In this document: piece by piece, positions 1 to 11,158 of the stretch
Layout of the letters: each line of letters opens with the position of its first letter
How positions within the stretch are numbered: the stretch's first letter is position 1
NCBI GenBank assembly: GCA_964035575.1
Contig: OZ037837.1
Span: 124,001-188,000 of the forward strand
DNA: 64,000 nucleotides
Origin: Rhynchopus sp. YZ270_cl-10
Taxonomy: Eukaryota
Direction: 5' to 3'
The notes under the pieces: model-generated
Seen by the model: only the letters and a program-made list of their open reading frames with translations
Databases searched by the model: none
Told to the model about the DNA's origin: nothing
Position numbers and translations under genes: made by a program

Positions 1-1
1 T

Positions 2-106
2 CCCTCCGTCGCCCGTGTCGAAGCTGTCCTTCCGCAACCGTGTTGCAGATGCCACCTTCCGCCGCGTCGTCTTCATCGTATCCTTCGCTACCTCAATCGC
101 ACACAA
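2..106 (-). pseudogene. Degenerate ubiquitin-like-domain cassette of the Ubl-LRR family, running off the window edge
   Basis: Minus-strand translation LCAIEVAKDTMKTTRRKVASATRLRKDSFDTGDGG aligns with YVIEVGVDDTVVTMRQKVASAVGLAEDSFRMGFGG of the genes at 10.2 and 12.8 kb. No clean in-frame start. Confidence 0.65.
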
Positions 107-553
107 CGTTAAATAGCGTCTGGTCGTATCCTGGAATTATGATTTTTATGATGAGGTTGTGTTTATCTGCTTTGTGGTGATGGTGGTGGAAAAAAATACA
201 GCAGAATGCGCTTCGCTACAGCCAAGTACGCAGAAAGAAGCATCCTAGTTCTGGGAAGTGAATGCGGACGCGAACTTGGCGAGCTGAAAGAATTTCTCGC
301 AGCAACTCTTCTCACTCACTTCTCTCCACCAAATGCGTCTACAGCTAAGGAAAAGGAACAACTGATGGAGTTTCCTTACTAAACCAGAGAAATCTCATAT
401 TTCAGAGTTAGAGTGTTTTTGCACACATATGTGACCCCACCGTGGAGAGCAATCGTATTATCAACTTCTTTGTTTTTTTTAAAAATCAAGTGCAAGCCAT
501 GTGTATGAAAAGAAAAAAGGTATACAAAAAATGACTTGCACAGGGGAGGGGGG

Positions 554-662
554 CTCATCTCAAAGATGGATCAGTGAGCGAGTTCCAACCCGTACAGAGG
601 GGCTCTTGCCACGAAGACAGTAAACCCATGCCATACAAAAGAGTGGGGAGTGAAAGTTGATA
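554..662. repeat. Dispersed direct repeat, copy 1 (copy 2 at 4514-4622)
   Basis: CTCATCTCAAA..GATCAGTGAGCGAGTTCCAACCCGTACAGAGGGGCTC..GGGGAGTGAA is near-identical at an offset of 3960 bp. Confidence 0.85.
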
Positions 663-969
663 CTACAAATTTTCAATTGAAAATATTATGGACCGAATTA
701 AGTACCAAATGAAACTCAAAAACCTCAAACGTACCATAATTAATTCAGTCCATAATATTTTGTTTCTTTATTTATAAATGCAAAAACAGGGAGAAGCCTC
801 CGTGTGAGCGTGTGTGAAGGTTCAACAACACGGTGGCCCATTCCTACCCTTAGGGTAGGGTCCGCGGGGGGTACCCCATGGGGTACCCCCCAAATCTGAG
901 GGGTACCCCCCAGACTACCCCCGGGGGTACCCCATGGGGTACCCCGCGCGGACCCTGACTGGCACTGGG

Positions 970-1167
970 GGTACACAGGTACACAGGTACACAGGTACAC
1001 AGGTACACAGGTACACAGGTACACAGGTACACAGGTACACAGGTACACAGGTACACAGGTACACAGGTACACAGGTACACAGGTACACAGGTACACAGGT
1101 ACACAGGTACACAGGTACACAGGTACACAGGTACACAGGTACACAGGTACACAGGTACACAGGTACA
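970..1167. repeat. (GGTACACA)n minisatellite, about 25 copies
   Basis: Perfect 8-bp period, bracketed by a 15-bp inverted repeat (941-955 / 1187-1201). Confidence 0.95.
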
Positions 1168-1205
1168 GCCAGAGTGCCAGAGTCAAGGGTCCGCGCGGGG
1201 TCCGC

Positions 1206-1420
1206 CCCCCGATGACATAACGAAGTATCGCTTGAAAATACCGTTCAATATATGTTGCTTGGTGTGCATGAAGAAGGACACACAAGGTATATCAAACGAT
1301 AAATCAATCAGATAAACGTTACATCATCGGAAAATTGTTGGCACCGCCCCCCTGTCTTCGTATTTATTACCCCGTCGACAGGCCAAACAGCGTTGGGCTC
1401 AGAAGAAGCAGTGCAAGACA
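1206..1420. repeat. Dispersed repeat, also present at ~42851-43059
   Basis: Shared sequence ATGACATAACGAAGTATCGCTTGAAA...AAGGTATATCAAACGATAAATCAATCAGATAAACG...GTCGACAGGCCAAACAGCGTTGGGCTCAGAAGAAGC. Confidence 0.85.
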
Positions 1421-4400
1421 GTCACTGGGGATCAACATGAGAACCAACTCCCAACAACACAGGCTACCGAAGTAGCAGGTGGGGTGTTGCGGGTGTTTGG
1501 GGTGAGAAAATCGATTTTGGTAAGTTGCAGCAGAACATTCTTAAGTTCGCACTAGTCGAGAGAGGCTTACCCGCTGCAGTGAAGCAGTGCACCCATTTAA
1601 GGGTGGAGAAGCGTGACACGCACATACAAGTATGTACGTTACTTCAACAAAGGCTGAATTCTGGTAATTCTAAGGGATGTGAATTCAGCCACCACGCAGG
1701 TAGTGTTTTAAGGTTCCTCGCTTTGTGCTGCACAGCGGACTCATGACACAAAGGAGTTGCCCCCGCTCTCTTTCGCGCAAACTTAAGAAAATTCTGAAGT
1801 AACTACAACCTGGCGTGCGGGTACAGATGCATTGCTTTGTTCTTTCCTCAAAGTCATTTCTGATCTCTCGGGTCTGTACTACCGTCAGTGTTTAGATAAG
1901 CATCCACTTGACTCGTTCTAACAACCGTTGAAATCTAGAACAAAACAATACACTGCCCCTTCTCACACCAAGCCGCCATGCTTCAAGAGCATGCCCTGGG
2001 CAAAAAATACTGTGACAAAAATTGGTTTTCTGGGGGAACGCGATATTTTCTTGTGCCTACTGTAGTCCTCCGCAAGAGCAGAGGACAGACTTTCCGGATC
2101 CCGAAGTCGAATTTTTTGCACTAGCTATGCTCCCTGGGTTAATGGCTATAGCAGTGACTGACTAAGAGTTTCATAATAATTGGGGCGGTCTATGGGGTGG
2201 GTTAATGGAAAAATTGGTTTAAAAACCCAACTTTTGCGGTCCCCACCCGGTTTGCAATAATTGCACCAGCTCTATCGGCACTGTTTCGCTGTCACGATGA
2301 AGGGTCGTCGGTTCGGGTACCTGTTGAGAGAAATTGAGTGCAAAAGTAGAGACTACAACAAAAAAAATCAAACAAACAAACAAGAAGCCGCTCCGTACCT
2401 CTTCCATGCAAAAAAGAAAGTAAAAGACTGCCCTTCCTCAGTCCGGAAGTAGCACCTCATCCGGTTCCCTGACGTAAAAGAGTTGTAGAGGTTACGAGAT
2501 GCCATGATAAAAAAGTAAAAGTGACAATTTTGACAATAAAAATATGCTTCGATTTACATCCGAGCGGGACAAAGGCGAAAAGGGGGAGCGGGGGTGTAAA
2601 AACCGGGGCTTAAAAACATACCTTGCAGCACTCGCTCGGCCTACTCTCCAGGTACGAGAACATCACTGCACGAACAATCCCACTGATACTGATACCTGCA
2701 TTCTATTTGTTGCCACATGGTAAAAATGACCAAAACTTCGACCAATTTTTTTTTTTCTTCACAATTTGCTCATTGAGGCTTTGTATTTTTTGGGCCATTT
2801 ATGACCTACCACGCCCGATTTTGGGCGAGAAGAAAAAAAAATTTGGGTCAAAAATCGACGCGTCTTTGGTAAAATCACGACTTTTCGGGCGCGAAACTAC
2901 GTTTTAGACCCCCACAGATGCTCAAAAGTGCCAAATTTTGCTTTTAATGGCCTCAAAGGATCACGGGAGCACCCCTCGTAATTACGAGGGCTCCCCACGC
3001 CGTGACGTCGTCATTGCGCGCGTAATTTCCGACGTATGCGGGCGTGGTTGGTCATAAAATGGCCCAAAAACCCCAAACAAAACCTCAGATTGACCAAATC
3101 GAGGAAAAATTGTCAAGTCGAAATTTCAGCCAAAATACGGTCATTTTGGTTATACCCCGCGGTGTATGCAGTAGCTAGAACACGTACACAGCTAAGTTCC
3201 TAAGCGATTTCCTTCACATTTTTCATGAAAAATTGGTCAAAAATCGACTTGTCTTTGGTAAAAAAACCACGAAAAATCGGCTGCGCAAAACCACGTTTTA
3301 GACCCCCACAGATGCTCAAAAGTGCCAATTTTTGCTTTTAATGGCCTCAAATCGTCGAAATTAGGCCTATATAGGGCAAAAAAAATTTTTTGAGAGTCCC
3401 TTTCCCTGGGAGGCAATAGCCACCGGGTGTGCAGGGGGTACCCCGGGGGGTACCCCCCAGGGTCCGCGGGGGTACCCCATGGGGTACCCCCGCGGACCCT
3501 GGGGGGTACCCCTCGGGGTACCCCAAACCCCCCAAAGGGTACCCCGCGCGGACCCTACCCAACCCTGTGGGGTACCCCCTGGGGTAGCCCACGCGAGGGG
3601 GTACCCCCCGCGGACCCTACCCTGTGTGGTACCCTACCCTGCGGGGTACCCCTTTTGGGGGTACCCCCGGGGGTACCCCCAAAAGGGTCCGCTGGGCCAC
3701 CGTGAACAACAACAACAACAAAACTAAATAAATTTTGAAGAAAAATTCAAAATAAAAGGGTAAACGGAACGGTGTCGTTAATGCGGCCCTCACATACGGT
3801 GTGTCTGCAATTAAAAGAAGACTCGAAAGATCTTTTAAGTTTCCAAAAAAAAAAAAAGAAACATGCGCAAGACACGAAGAGGATATGTCAATACAATACG
3901 CTTACAACCGAAACCCTGAAAAAAAAAGTCTCAAAAAAAACACAAATAATATTTCTGAATAACCGAACACCCTCCTTCCTTCCTTCCTCATGGCGGCTCC
4001 AATTGGTGACCCAGTTTCATCGACAAGGCTGTCTGACAAACTCTTTTTTTTTTTCTTTGATTTCTTGACGCAGCGGTTCGTGCCATGGGATGGTATGGGG
4101 CTTGAGCACTTGGAAGGAACATGTCAGATTTTCATCGATAAACATGATCCCGCCTGCATTGTTGGATTCACCACTGTAGTTTTGTGCGCTGAAAAGCGTC
4201 CACACCCACGTGGCGGCCGCTTTGGCATGCGTCTGTAAGGACAGCCTTGACTGATGCTTTCTGTAATAGTACACGATTTCCTCCCTGAAGGCTACGTAGC
4301 TACCTGAGTACAAAGCGTGATGAGCTGTCTGTCCGCAAAGAATTGATAACCATCCTTCGACAACGTGGTGGCTCATATTTTTGAAGCGACTTTTTGAGTT

Positions 4401-4513
4401 GAGATTTGAGAACACTAAATACTGCACTAACTACGATATGCACTAACTGTGCACACAAAATCTTTTTTAAAAAAAGAGAAAAAACAATATGGGCGCCCTT
4501 GGAGGGTCAGAAA

Positions 4514-4622
4514 CTCATCTCAAAAATGGATCAGTGAGCGAGTTCCAACCCGTACAGAGGGGCTCTTGCCACGAAGACAGTAAACCCATGCCATACAAAA
4601 GAGTGGGGAGTGAATGTTGATA
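4514..4622. repeat. Dispersed direct repeat, copy 2 (copy 1 at 554-662)
   Basis: Near-identity with 554-662. Confidence 0.85.
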
Positions 4623-6073
4623 AACGCAAACGCTCAATGTTTTTGAGGCAACTTTTGAGTTGAGATTTGAGAACACTACTGCATAGGAGATGGATACAGT
4701 GTTGCAGGATACCATATTAAGATTCATCATTTCGGGGTTTTTTTGGGTTTTTTTGATGATTCCCCCCACAAAAAGTGCATCTAAGTGATATTCTGATATA
4801 AAAATAGGTTTGGGGGGTGCAGGAGGGGCCTGATGCTATATTTTCACTGTTTTCTAATCAGATTTTCTGCCTTTTATTGTCGTTCTTATGGATCCCTTCT
4901 CTCTTTCTCTTCCCTGTCATGCCGCCTTGACAAGGTTTCATTGACCTCTGTCAAATCTACTGGGGCAATGTCAGGGACTTTTGCTTTGCGGCTCACCTTG
5001 GATGTGGAGACTCCATAGTTAGTACAGGCTCCCTCCGTGTCAGAGTACACATTAGCTGAAATAACACGACCGTTGCTCGAGTAGCAGTACACAGAAGAAA
5101 AGAGATTGATGGAAAGAACGGTGCACTCAGCGCAGTCAAATTACAAAAGAAATGAATAACAACACCTACATTCTCAAACTTTTCTACGCATCCCCTTTTT
5201 TTTTGAAAAACGAGAAACGCTAAATTAGTAATTGTATTTTTGGCCCCCCTCTGTGAGTATTGATTGAATTGGAGTCGGGGAGCACAAGCAAAGGGCAATG
5301 AAAGAGAAACGATGAATGATAAACAAGCTAGAAAGAGACAGTATGTATTCTTATGTGAGGTACCAAAATTAAAATTTAGACGTTTTACACTTGTCAGACA
5401 CTGCGAAATATTCTGAAAAAAATTATTACGCGTCCACTCGACGTTTGGATAAAGAAAACTAGATATGAAAGGGGGTTTGGGGGGAAGAGTTTAATTCTTG
5501 AACGCATCCCACACTCAGTCATACTTTACTACGATAAAGCGTGAAGACAATAAATAAAAGCAAAGAAGAAGTAATTTTAGGTTTTGTGAGACACGAGGAA
5601 CGAAAAATTTTTCTTCGCAGTAACAAAGTGTGAGAAAGAAGAAAAAGAAAGCGAATAAAAACGAAAAAAACAATGTTTTTCTGAATGTGATGTTGTTGTT
5701 GGGGTCAGGAGAATAAAACAGTTCCAAGAAAAGCTCCTGCGTCGGTTTTCTTTTTGTTAGAAAAAAAGTGGTAGTGCCCGGCAAGAAAATTTTCAAACTT
5801 AAATAGGTAGTGCCGATGCACTAGCAGTTTGGGCAAGCTAGACGGCGCTGTACGTGGTGTACTTACAAAAATTCACCCCCTGAAGGGCCCGATCGGAGCT
5901 TGAGATTTTGGTAGCTCCGGCCTGACCCTTGTTGTGTAGCAGTGGAGAATCGTTTTGTACTAGGAGTTGTGCAGGAGCGCATGAAACGTAAGCTGCTGTT
6001 CTGTGTGACCTCCGCACCAACATGGTGTTCGCATGAGACACTTCTTCACAGCATGTACGTCTTCCTGCTGTGT

Positions 6074-8053
6074 TCACCGGCAGGTGCGAGTAGGCTTGAA
6101 CACCCACGTGAGATCATCATCTTCCGATTCCGAGCCCGTCTCCTCATCACGTTCCCTGCTTGACGCGTCAAGGTTGTGAAGCTCCTCAGGAGCCTCAGTT
6201 GTGTCCTCACAGCTCTCTTGTTCTTCCTGCAACTCACGCAACGCCTGATGATTTATGCGTGCTGCGAGCGTATTTGCGTTGTCGGCATTCGCAGTCTCTG
6301 GAAGTGTGATGTACATGCCATTTAACCCCTCCGCGTCAAAGGGTTTGTCCGAGTACTGCAACACATGCAGGTATGAGTCTGTCTCCGCACAGTACACTGC
6401 ATCCCACTGTGGTACCAACGGGTCCGTGCTCGGAACACACCCCATTGCACTCTGGACTGACTTCATGTGAACGTAGATGATGCAGAGGTACTCCGGGCGA
6501 GAGAAAGGTGCCAAGATACTTTTTTGATTCTGGTGAGTCTCAGTAATCTGTGTGTACACGTGGCGTGCAAGGATCAAGGGGAAATGCACTGATTTGAGAC
6601 ACAGCAACGCCTCGTAGTTGTCAGCGAAGCGCGCCTTGCGGATGCAGTGCACCATAATGACGTCGCTTTCACGCCGGTCCTTCTTCTTGGGATTGCTCGC
6701 GTTTTGCACCACAATAGACATCCCCCTCTCCACCCACTCTTGTGGGAGCACAAAGAGCGAAGGTCTCGGCAACAGCGAGCGGAATACGACCTTCCTCATG
6801 CGCAGCATTCTGTCGATCACCACCACGGATGCGTCGTACTGTGCAAGAATCATGCGGATATCACGCACAGACATCCACCCAGGGGTTTTGCGGAGGACGT
6901 AGGTGATGGGTGTCTTAGGTGTGTCCCACGAGTCACAGACTTCTTCCTGCAACTCCTGTACCGGCACCTGCACCGGCTCCGCCACCGGCTCCTGCACCTT
7001 CTGTGAAAGTCTTATGGAGTCCTTTACCCTACGGGGGTTGAACAGTGTCTCGCCACCCTGCAACACATGCAGGTATGAGTCTGTCTCCGCACAGTACACT
7101 GCATCCCACTTTGGCACCAACGGGTCCGTGCCCGGAATACAATCTACTGCATCAGAGTCGAGAAGCTCTGGAGTATTCTCCATCACATCATCATAGACCT
7201 CTTCCTGCAACTCCTGCGCCTGCATCTGCCCTTGCTCCTGCACCGGCTTCTGCACCTGCACCGGCACCTGCATCTGGCACCTGCACCTGGCTTGCTCGTG
7301 TACCGGCACATGCACCTGCATCTGCACCTGCACCGGCTTCTGCACCGGCTCCGACACCGGCACCTGTTCCTCCCTGTATGTTGTGTGCGTGAGAAGCGTA
7401 TTTGTGTCCATGTCGTCATTCGCACTTGGAAGTGATATGATTTCCATATCTGGAACTATTGTGGAGTACTTTACCTTACGGAGGTCGAACATTTTCTCGC
7501 CACCCTGCAACACATGCAGGTATGAGTCTGTCTCCGCACAGTACACTGCATCCCACTGTGGTACCAACGGGTCCGTGCTCGGAACACACCCCATTGCACT
7601 CTGGACTGACTTCATGTGAATGTAGATGATGCAGAGGTGCTCGGAGTCAGTGGAACGTCCCATTTTATGCCTCCTTGTGCCCCCCATTCGCATGTACACA
7701 TGGAGTGCGAGGTGCAGTGGGAAGCACAGGGACTGGAGACACAGCAAGGCCTCGTTTACGTTGGTGAAGGGCGCCTTGCGGATGCAGTGCACCATAACGG
7801 TGTCTGTTGTGCGTCTCTTCCTGACCGTGCTGTAGTTCGGATATTTAGTGATAAACATATGCATCTCCACCCACTCCGGTGGGAGCACAAAGAACGATGG
7901 GTCCAGCAACAGCGAGCGGAATACAATCTTCCCCATGCCCAGCATTCTGTCGACCACCACCACGGATGCGTCGTACTGTGCAAGAATCGCACCAACATCA
8001 CGCGCAGACATCCACCCAGGAGTGTTGCAGAGCGCATACATGTTCGAAAACAT
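6074..8053 (-). CDS. Hypothetical protein with a duplicated ~190-aa module (possibly divergent RRM-like and WW-like units) and a V/Q/P-rich linker
   Basis: Long ORF; first ATG at 8053 (MFSNMYALC). TPGWMS..ILAQYDASVVV.DRML occurs twice and TDPLVP.WDAVYCAETDSYLHVLQ three times. Acidic C-terminus. Confidence 0.75.
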   Translation of the reverse strand: MFSNMYALCNTPGWMSARDVGAILAQYDASVVVVDRMLGMGKIVFRSLLLDPSFFVLPPEWVEMHMFITKYPNYSTVRKRRTTDTVMVHCIRKAPFTNVNEALLCLQSLCFPLHLALHVYMRMGGTRRHKMGRSTDSEHLCIIYIHMKSVQSAMGCVPSTDPLVPQWDAVYCAETDSYLHVLQGGEKMFDLRKVKYSTIVPDMEIISLPSANDDMDTNTLLTHTTYREEQVPVSEPVQKPVQVQMQVHVPVHEQARCRCQMQVPVQVQKPVQEQGQMQAQELQEEVYDDVMENTPELLDSDAVDCIPGTDPLVPKWDAVYCAETDSYLHVLQGGETLFNPRRVKDSIRLSQKVQEPVAEPVQVPVQELQEEVCDSWDTPKTPITYVLRKTPGWMSVRDIRMILAQYDASVVVIDRMLRMRKVVFRSLLPRPSLFVLPQEWVERGMSIVVQNASNPKKKDRRESDVIMVHCIRKARFADNYEALLCLKSVHFPLILARHVYTQITETHQNQKSILAPFSRPEYLCIIYVHMKSVQSAMGCVPSTDPLVPQWDAVYCAETDSYLHVLQYSDKPFDAEGLNGMYITLPETANADNANTLAARINHQALRELQEEQESCEDTTEAPEELHNLDASSRERDEETGSESEDDDLTWVFKPTRTCR

Positions 8054-8189
8054 GGTCCGGTTGTAAGCCTGTTTTTGGTGGGTGTTGTGCAAAAATTATA
8101 GAGAAAGAATAAATCGTCCCCGAACCACTCTCAACAACACCTGCCAAAAGGCGCCATTTATGGTGCTCGTGTTTGATGCCTGCAGAGCC

Positions 8190-8280
8190 ATGCTGTAAGA
8201 AGCAGTCCGGAACTGCAGTAGTGCCCTGCAGAAACAAACGCTTTATTGGGTCTGTCTCGATCTCATCCTCGGACTCGGTT
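8190..8280 (-). pseudogene. Remnant of an LRR-family gene (pre-LRR cap region)
   Basis: ETDPIKRLFLQGTTAVPDCFLQ resembles EDPEVARLFLQAEVATVIPNCFL and DPKIACLLLQAEVSPAVPDNFLQ of the neighbouring LRR genes. Confidence 0.5.
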
Positions 8281-8630
8281 GGTGCATAACCTGCGCACCG
8301 TGGGTGGACCCCAATCATGCAGTCCTACATTGATTTTGTGGTTTTACAGGGTGGGTTTGGATGTACTGTTCGCTTCCTAACGGCACTTTGCTGAATGGCT
8401 GTGAGATAACGCTAGCTCACGATACAATGCAGAGAAGGCAGACTCTTGGAAAACACTAAATCCATAGATTTAGTCCAAGCGAGGCAAAGACACTCTCAAG
8501 GTATTCCACCAGTGGTGTGCACCGCTACCGAGATGTGGCATATATGCAACCCCCCATGGGAGGGTCTATAAGACAAAAAGAAGTCGTTCAGTTTTGTTCA
8601 TATTTCATGTTCAAATGGTATTCACGTTCC

Positions 8631-8726
8631 AACCCCACAACCCCACAACCCCACAACCCCACAACCCCACAACCCCACAACCCCACAACCCCACAACCCC
8701 ACAACCCCACAACCCCACAACCCCAC
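8631..8726. repeat. (AACCCCAC)n minisatellite, 12 copies
   Basis: Perfect 8-bp period. Confidence 0.95.
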
Positions 8727-9227
8727 AACCCCCCCTCCCATCCGATAAACTGAGGTGTTCACAATGCGGAACACGTCTCCTCTGGCACTGAAGCAAACAT
8801 GCGTCTTATTTCATTTTGTTTTATTTCAGTTTTTTTCACGTAGACCGCCACAACGTTTATGAGTAGATATGTGAAAAAGCACCTTCCAGGCCAATCCCCT
8901 CCTTGTATAAAAGTAGTGCGCAAGAAGCGAGGGTTGAGAGAGTATGCCGCAATGCCCATCCGCGTCGAGAGGACAGCGAAACGACAACACTGATGCAACT
9001 GCCCAGCCACAGCGATGAGTTCTAGGAGGTGCTTCTCGGGGTGGACTGCCTGCTACAAAGGTCGACGCCTCGCAACATCACGCAGTAGCCTGAGTAGGGG
9101 TACAGAAGGCTCGTCACAATAGTTTGTGGGTCCGAGTGTGCGAACACTACGTGAACACTGTTGTGAAACGCTTCCCAAATCGTACTACACTGTGCAGGCT
9201 AACGAAGCAACCATAGGGCGACACGAT

Positions 9228-10268
9228 TCAGCCACAAAGATCTTTCAACTCGCCTTCACGTACTCTACGGCACACAACGCTGCTGCAGCCGGAGAGGTGG
9301 ATGCTCCTCAATGAAGTGCAGTCGTCAGCAGGTAGCTCTCCCATGTCCACAACATTTCTGAGAGGCGACAGGTCTAGTTCTGTCAGGCTGCTGCAGTTCG
9401 CAAGAAACCCTGTTCCGATGTGTGTCACGTTGCTGAGTGGTGACAAGTTCACGCCTTTGAGGCTGTTGCAGAGGCCAAGAAAGTTTGCACCAACGTGCGT
9501 AACATTGCTAAGTGGCGACAAGTCCAACACGGCGAGGTTCCAACAGTTGTAGAGAAACCAACGGCCAAGATCTGTAATCCCTGATCGTGGCAATTTGAGT
9601 GCTGTGACGCTGCATCTGACAAGAAAGCTGCTACCAATTTTTTCAATCTTGCTGAGTGCTGACAAGTCGAGTACTTCGAGACGCGAGCATTCGGCAAGAA
9701 ACCTTGAACCGATGTGTGTAACATTCCTGAGCGGAGACAAGTCTAGTTGCTTGAGGCTCCTGCAGTCGGCAAGAAAGCTGTCGCCAATCCGCGTCAGACT
9801 GGTCAGCCCAGAGAAGTCGATGCTGGTCACATTTGTGCCGTACAGGAAATCGTCACCAATTTCCGTCACACACGACACAGCACTGAGATCAAGTGCGGTG
9901 ACCTCAGTCCCGGACAAGAAGCAGTTCGGAATGACAGTCGCAACCTCCGCCTGCAGAAACAAACGCGCCACCTCTGGATCCTCCACACTCTCCAGCTTCT
10001 CTGCTGTAATGTCAGTCTCACCCAACGCATGAAGTGCTGCTAATGATTCGTATTTCAGCGTCTTCGTGAGCAAGATTGTGTCACCAGCACTCAGTTCTGT
10101 GATGTCCTCTCCTTCGTCCTTCCCTCCGAAGCCCATGCGGAAGCTGTCCTCAGCCAACCCCACTGCAGACGCCACCTTCTGCCGCATCGTCACCACTGTG
10201 TCATCCACACCCACCTCGATCACGTACGAGCTGTCATTGCAGCCTTTGTTGATGATGATCACTTCCAT
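9228..10268 (-). CDS. N-terminal ubiquitin-like domain + BspA/TpLRR-like leucine-rich repeat protein
   Basis: MEVIIINKG..YVIEVGVDDTVVTMRQKVASAVGLAEDSFRMGFGGK parallels ubiquitin ([36 protein letters not shown]). Followed by ~24-aa repeats VTxIGxxFLxxCxSLxxLDLSPL. Start placed at ATG 10268; upstream in-frame ATGs exist. Confidence 0.85.
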   Translation of the reverse strand: MEVIIINKGCNDSSYVIEVGVDDTVVTMRQKVASAVGLAEDSFRMGFGGKDEGEDITELSAGDTILLTKTLKYESLAALHALGETDITAEKLESVEDPEVARLFLQAEVATVIPNCFLSGTEVTALDLSAVSCVTEIGDDFLYGTNVTSIDFSGLTSLTRIGDSFLADCRSLKQLDLSPLRNVTHIGSRFLAECSRLEVLDLSALSKIEKIGSSFLVRCSVTALKLPRSGITDLGRWFLYNCWNLAVLDLSPLSNVTHVGANFLGLCNSLKGVNLSPLSNVTHIGTGFLANCSSLTELDLSPLRNVVDMGELPADDCTSLRSIHLSGCSSVVCRRVREGELKDLCG

Positions 10269-11158
10269 TTGTCTTCCTTTTGTGTTCCTCTGTTGTGGTG
10301 GGGTTGTGGGGTTGGGGCAACAACATGGCCACGTTCCTGACGGACACTGAGTCACGTTCACTCTCTCAAATATGTGTTGCTGCTGAACACAAGACAGAAG
10401 TGCTGTGGACATCTTCTTCGTGGAGCTGCAGCACTCATAAGCGAGGATAACGCAAAGGAACACAAAACTCTTAACGTGCACACTTTGTTCAAAATGAAAT
10501 ACCCCCCCCTTCACTATTTATTCGTCATTTGTCTGCTGTTTGACGATCGCGTCATTCTATGTGGTGAAGAAAGGACAATTCCTACAAGGGGCAGTCAAAT
10601 AGGGTGGGTGTTATCAAGAAATACACGTGTACGTGTATTATCTACGGTGGTGTTTGTGATGGTATCAGACGCCCAAAAAGCAGGTTGGTATTGAGGCAGA
10701 ATCGTGTTGTTTTTGCGTATATTATCTCTCTACAACCTCACGAGGGTGTGCAAAGGCACACTATTTTGGTTACAAATGGAGTGTGCGTGCTGGGCAGCTT
10801 CACTCACACACGCAGTTCGCGGCACGCTATCGTGCACGACCCTGTTCTAAAACTGTCTGAAACCTGTGAACAAACACATCCGTACTCTCGCAAGCCATTC
10901 CAGTCAAAAATATCCATTTTTAGGTGCAAGTGACCCAATCCCAGTATTGAAATTTTATTTCCCAACCCAACAACATTTCCCGAAGAAAACCTTACTTCAC
11001 CTGAGTGGAATTATGCCAATCGTATTCCACTGCCCTCTGTAGAAATTATACGTGACCTCACCAACAAGACGAATAAAAAGTGTGTTTGTCTCTTTTTCTT
11101 TATGATCGTTCTTGCTTTGCATTGATGCATCCACACCAGTATTCACATTGGCCTAGAT

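Larger units (their letters stand above)
829..3704. mobile_element. Non-autonomous TIR element with GGTACC-rich subterminal arms and internal nested sequence
   Basis: 12-bp TIR CACGGTGGCCCA (829) / TGGGCCACCGTG (ends 3704), flanked on both sides by AACAA (5-bp TSD). Arms at ~850-960 and ~3425-3690 are built from GGGGTACCCC and CGCGGACCC modules. Confidence 0.75.

Noticed and set aside
740..1285. ORFs with YLCTCVPV and TGTQVHRY repeats
   Set aside because: Translations of the stop-free 8-bp minisatellite.
8631..8726. Telomere-like repeat
   Set aside because: The unit AACCCCAC is not TTAGGG-type, and the array is short and internal.
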